Shown here piece by piece: positions 63,126 to 64,000 of a stretch of DNA of 64,000 nucleotides (position 1 is the stretch's first letter; every line of letters begins with the position of its first letter). The DNA is taken from positions 32,001 through 96,000 of the forward strand of contig CAXXTF010000001.1 in the NCBI GenBank assembly GCA_963665775.2, read 5' to 3'. The notes under the pieces were generated by a model that saw nothing but the letters and a program-made list of their open reading frames with translations, ran no database searches and was not told the DNA's origin. Made by a program: the position numbers and the translations under genes. The DNA is from Dehalococcoidia bacterium. GTDB lineage: Bacteria; Chloroflexota; Dehalococcoidia; SM23-28-2; RBG-16-64-32.

Positions 63126-64000
63126 CTACCCCGCCAACGCCCGCTCCAGGCCACCCTCGTGAGCCGCCCGTAGCTCGGCTAAGGGCAGATCGATGGCGCT
63201 CAAACGGAAGCGGCCATCGCCCGACACCCGCCCGATATAGGCCAGAGGAACGCTCAGACCTCGGGCGATCGCCTTCAGGGCGCCACGTTGGTCCGGCCTC
63301 GCGGCGACGACGATGCGCGACTGCGCCTCCCCGAAGAGGGCGGGAGCGAGCCGCTGGCCCAGGACGGCATCGTCCGCCGCAAGGCCCATCTCCCCGGACA
63401 AGCACATCTCGGCCAGGGCCACCGCCAGACCGCCGTCCGAGCAATCGTGGCAGGCCGTCACCACCCCCTGCCGGATGGCCGCCAGGGCCGCCCGCTGCAC
63501 CCGCGCCTCCAGAGACAGGTCGATGGCAAGCCGCCCGCCCACGAAACCGTGCAGCTCTTTTAGGTACTCACTACCGGCCAGAGCGGCGACCGGCTGCTCC
63601 AGGGTCGATCCCAGGAGAAACACCTCATCCCCCTCGTTGGCGAAGACCGGCCGCGCGTGCACAGTGACATCCTCCAGGAGACCAAGCATGCCGATAACCG
63701 GCGTGGGATAGACCGCCTCCTCCCCGGTTTCGTTATACAGGCTGACGTTGCCGGAGATCACCGGCGTGCCCAGGGCAGAGCAAGCCTCGGCGATGCCCTG
63801 AATCACCGCCTTCATCTGGTAGTAGACCTCCGGCCGCTCCGGGTTGCCGAAGTTCAGGCAATCGGTGACCGCTACCGGCTGCGCCCCCACGCAAGTCACG
63901 TTGCGGGCGGCCTCCGCTACCGCTATCGCGCCACCCAGGTGGGGGTCGATGTAGCAGTAGCGACCGTTGCAGTCGGTCGTGACGGCGATCCCTTTCCCTG
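63126..64000 (-). CDS. purL: FGAM synthase subunit PurL (3' part; 5' end beyond the window)
   Basis: DCLNFGNPE, SGNVSLYNE, HDCSDGGL, LFGEAQ. Confidence 0.96.
   Translation of the reverse strand, partial: GKGIAVTTDCNGRYCYIDPHLGGAIAVAEAARNVTCVGAQPVAVTDCLNFGNPERPEVYYQMKAVIQGIAEACSALGTPVISGNVSLYNETGEEAVYPTPVIGMLGLLEDVTVHARPVFANEGDEVFLLGSTLEQPVAALAGSEYLKELHGFVGGRLAIDLSLEARVQRAALAAIRQGVVTACHDCSDGGLAVALAEMCLSGEMGLAADDAVLGQRLAPALFGEAQSRIVVAARPDQRGALKAIARGLSVPLAYIGRVSGDGRFRLSAIDLPLAELRAAHEGGLERALAG

Overview
High-GC bacterial chromosomal window, most likely Chloroflexota (Dehalococcoidia-like). This is inferred from the rplI-dnaB-dnaD-(tandem AAA+) dnaC operon, hrcA/CIRCE, DUF4389 and many Pro/Thr-linker lipoproteins. 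Bases 1-7538 are an integrative, phage-satellite-like element (tyrosine integrase, CGNR zinc-finger protein, excisionase, P4/D5-type primase-helicase, IS3 insertion, XRE pseudogene, lipoprotein). It is bounded by duplicated 5' halves of tRNA-Leu, not the usual 3' end. A second, decayed island (about 45.3-47.6 kb) is likewise bounded by a duplicated 5' end plus promoter of tRNA-Arg(CCT). The ORF track misses two selenoproteins with in-frame TGA: a UGSC-motif fusion protein with a clear SECIS-like hairpin, and a Sec-peroxiredoxin. Other notable items are a transaldolase homolog lacking the catalytic Lys, a three-domain IPCT/DIPPS/HAD fusion, an acyl-CoA catabolic cluster, a molybdopterin oxidoreductase, a Re-citrate-synthase-like enzyme, several pseudogenes, miniature repeat insertions (one in frame inside dnaD, one duplicating the dnaK start), the heat-shock operon, four complete tRNAs, moaDE, purQ and partial purL. 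All calls come from reading the sequence and ORF translations; no database searches were run.
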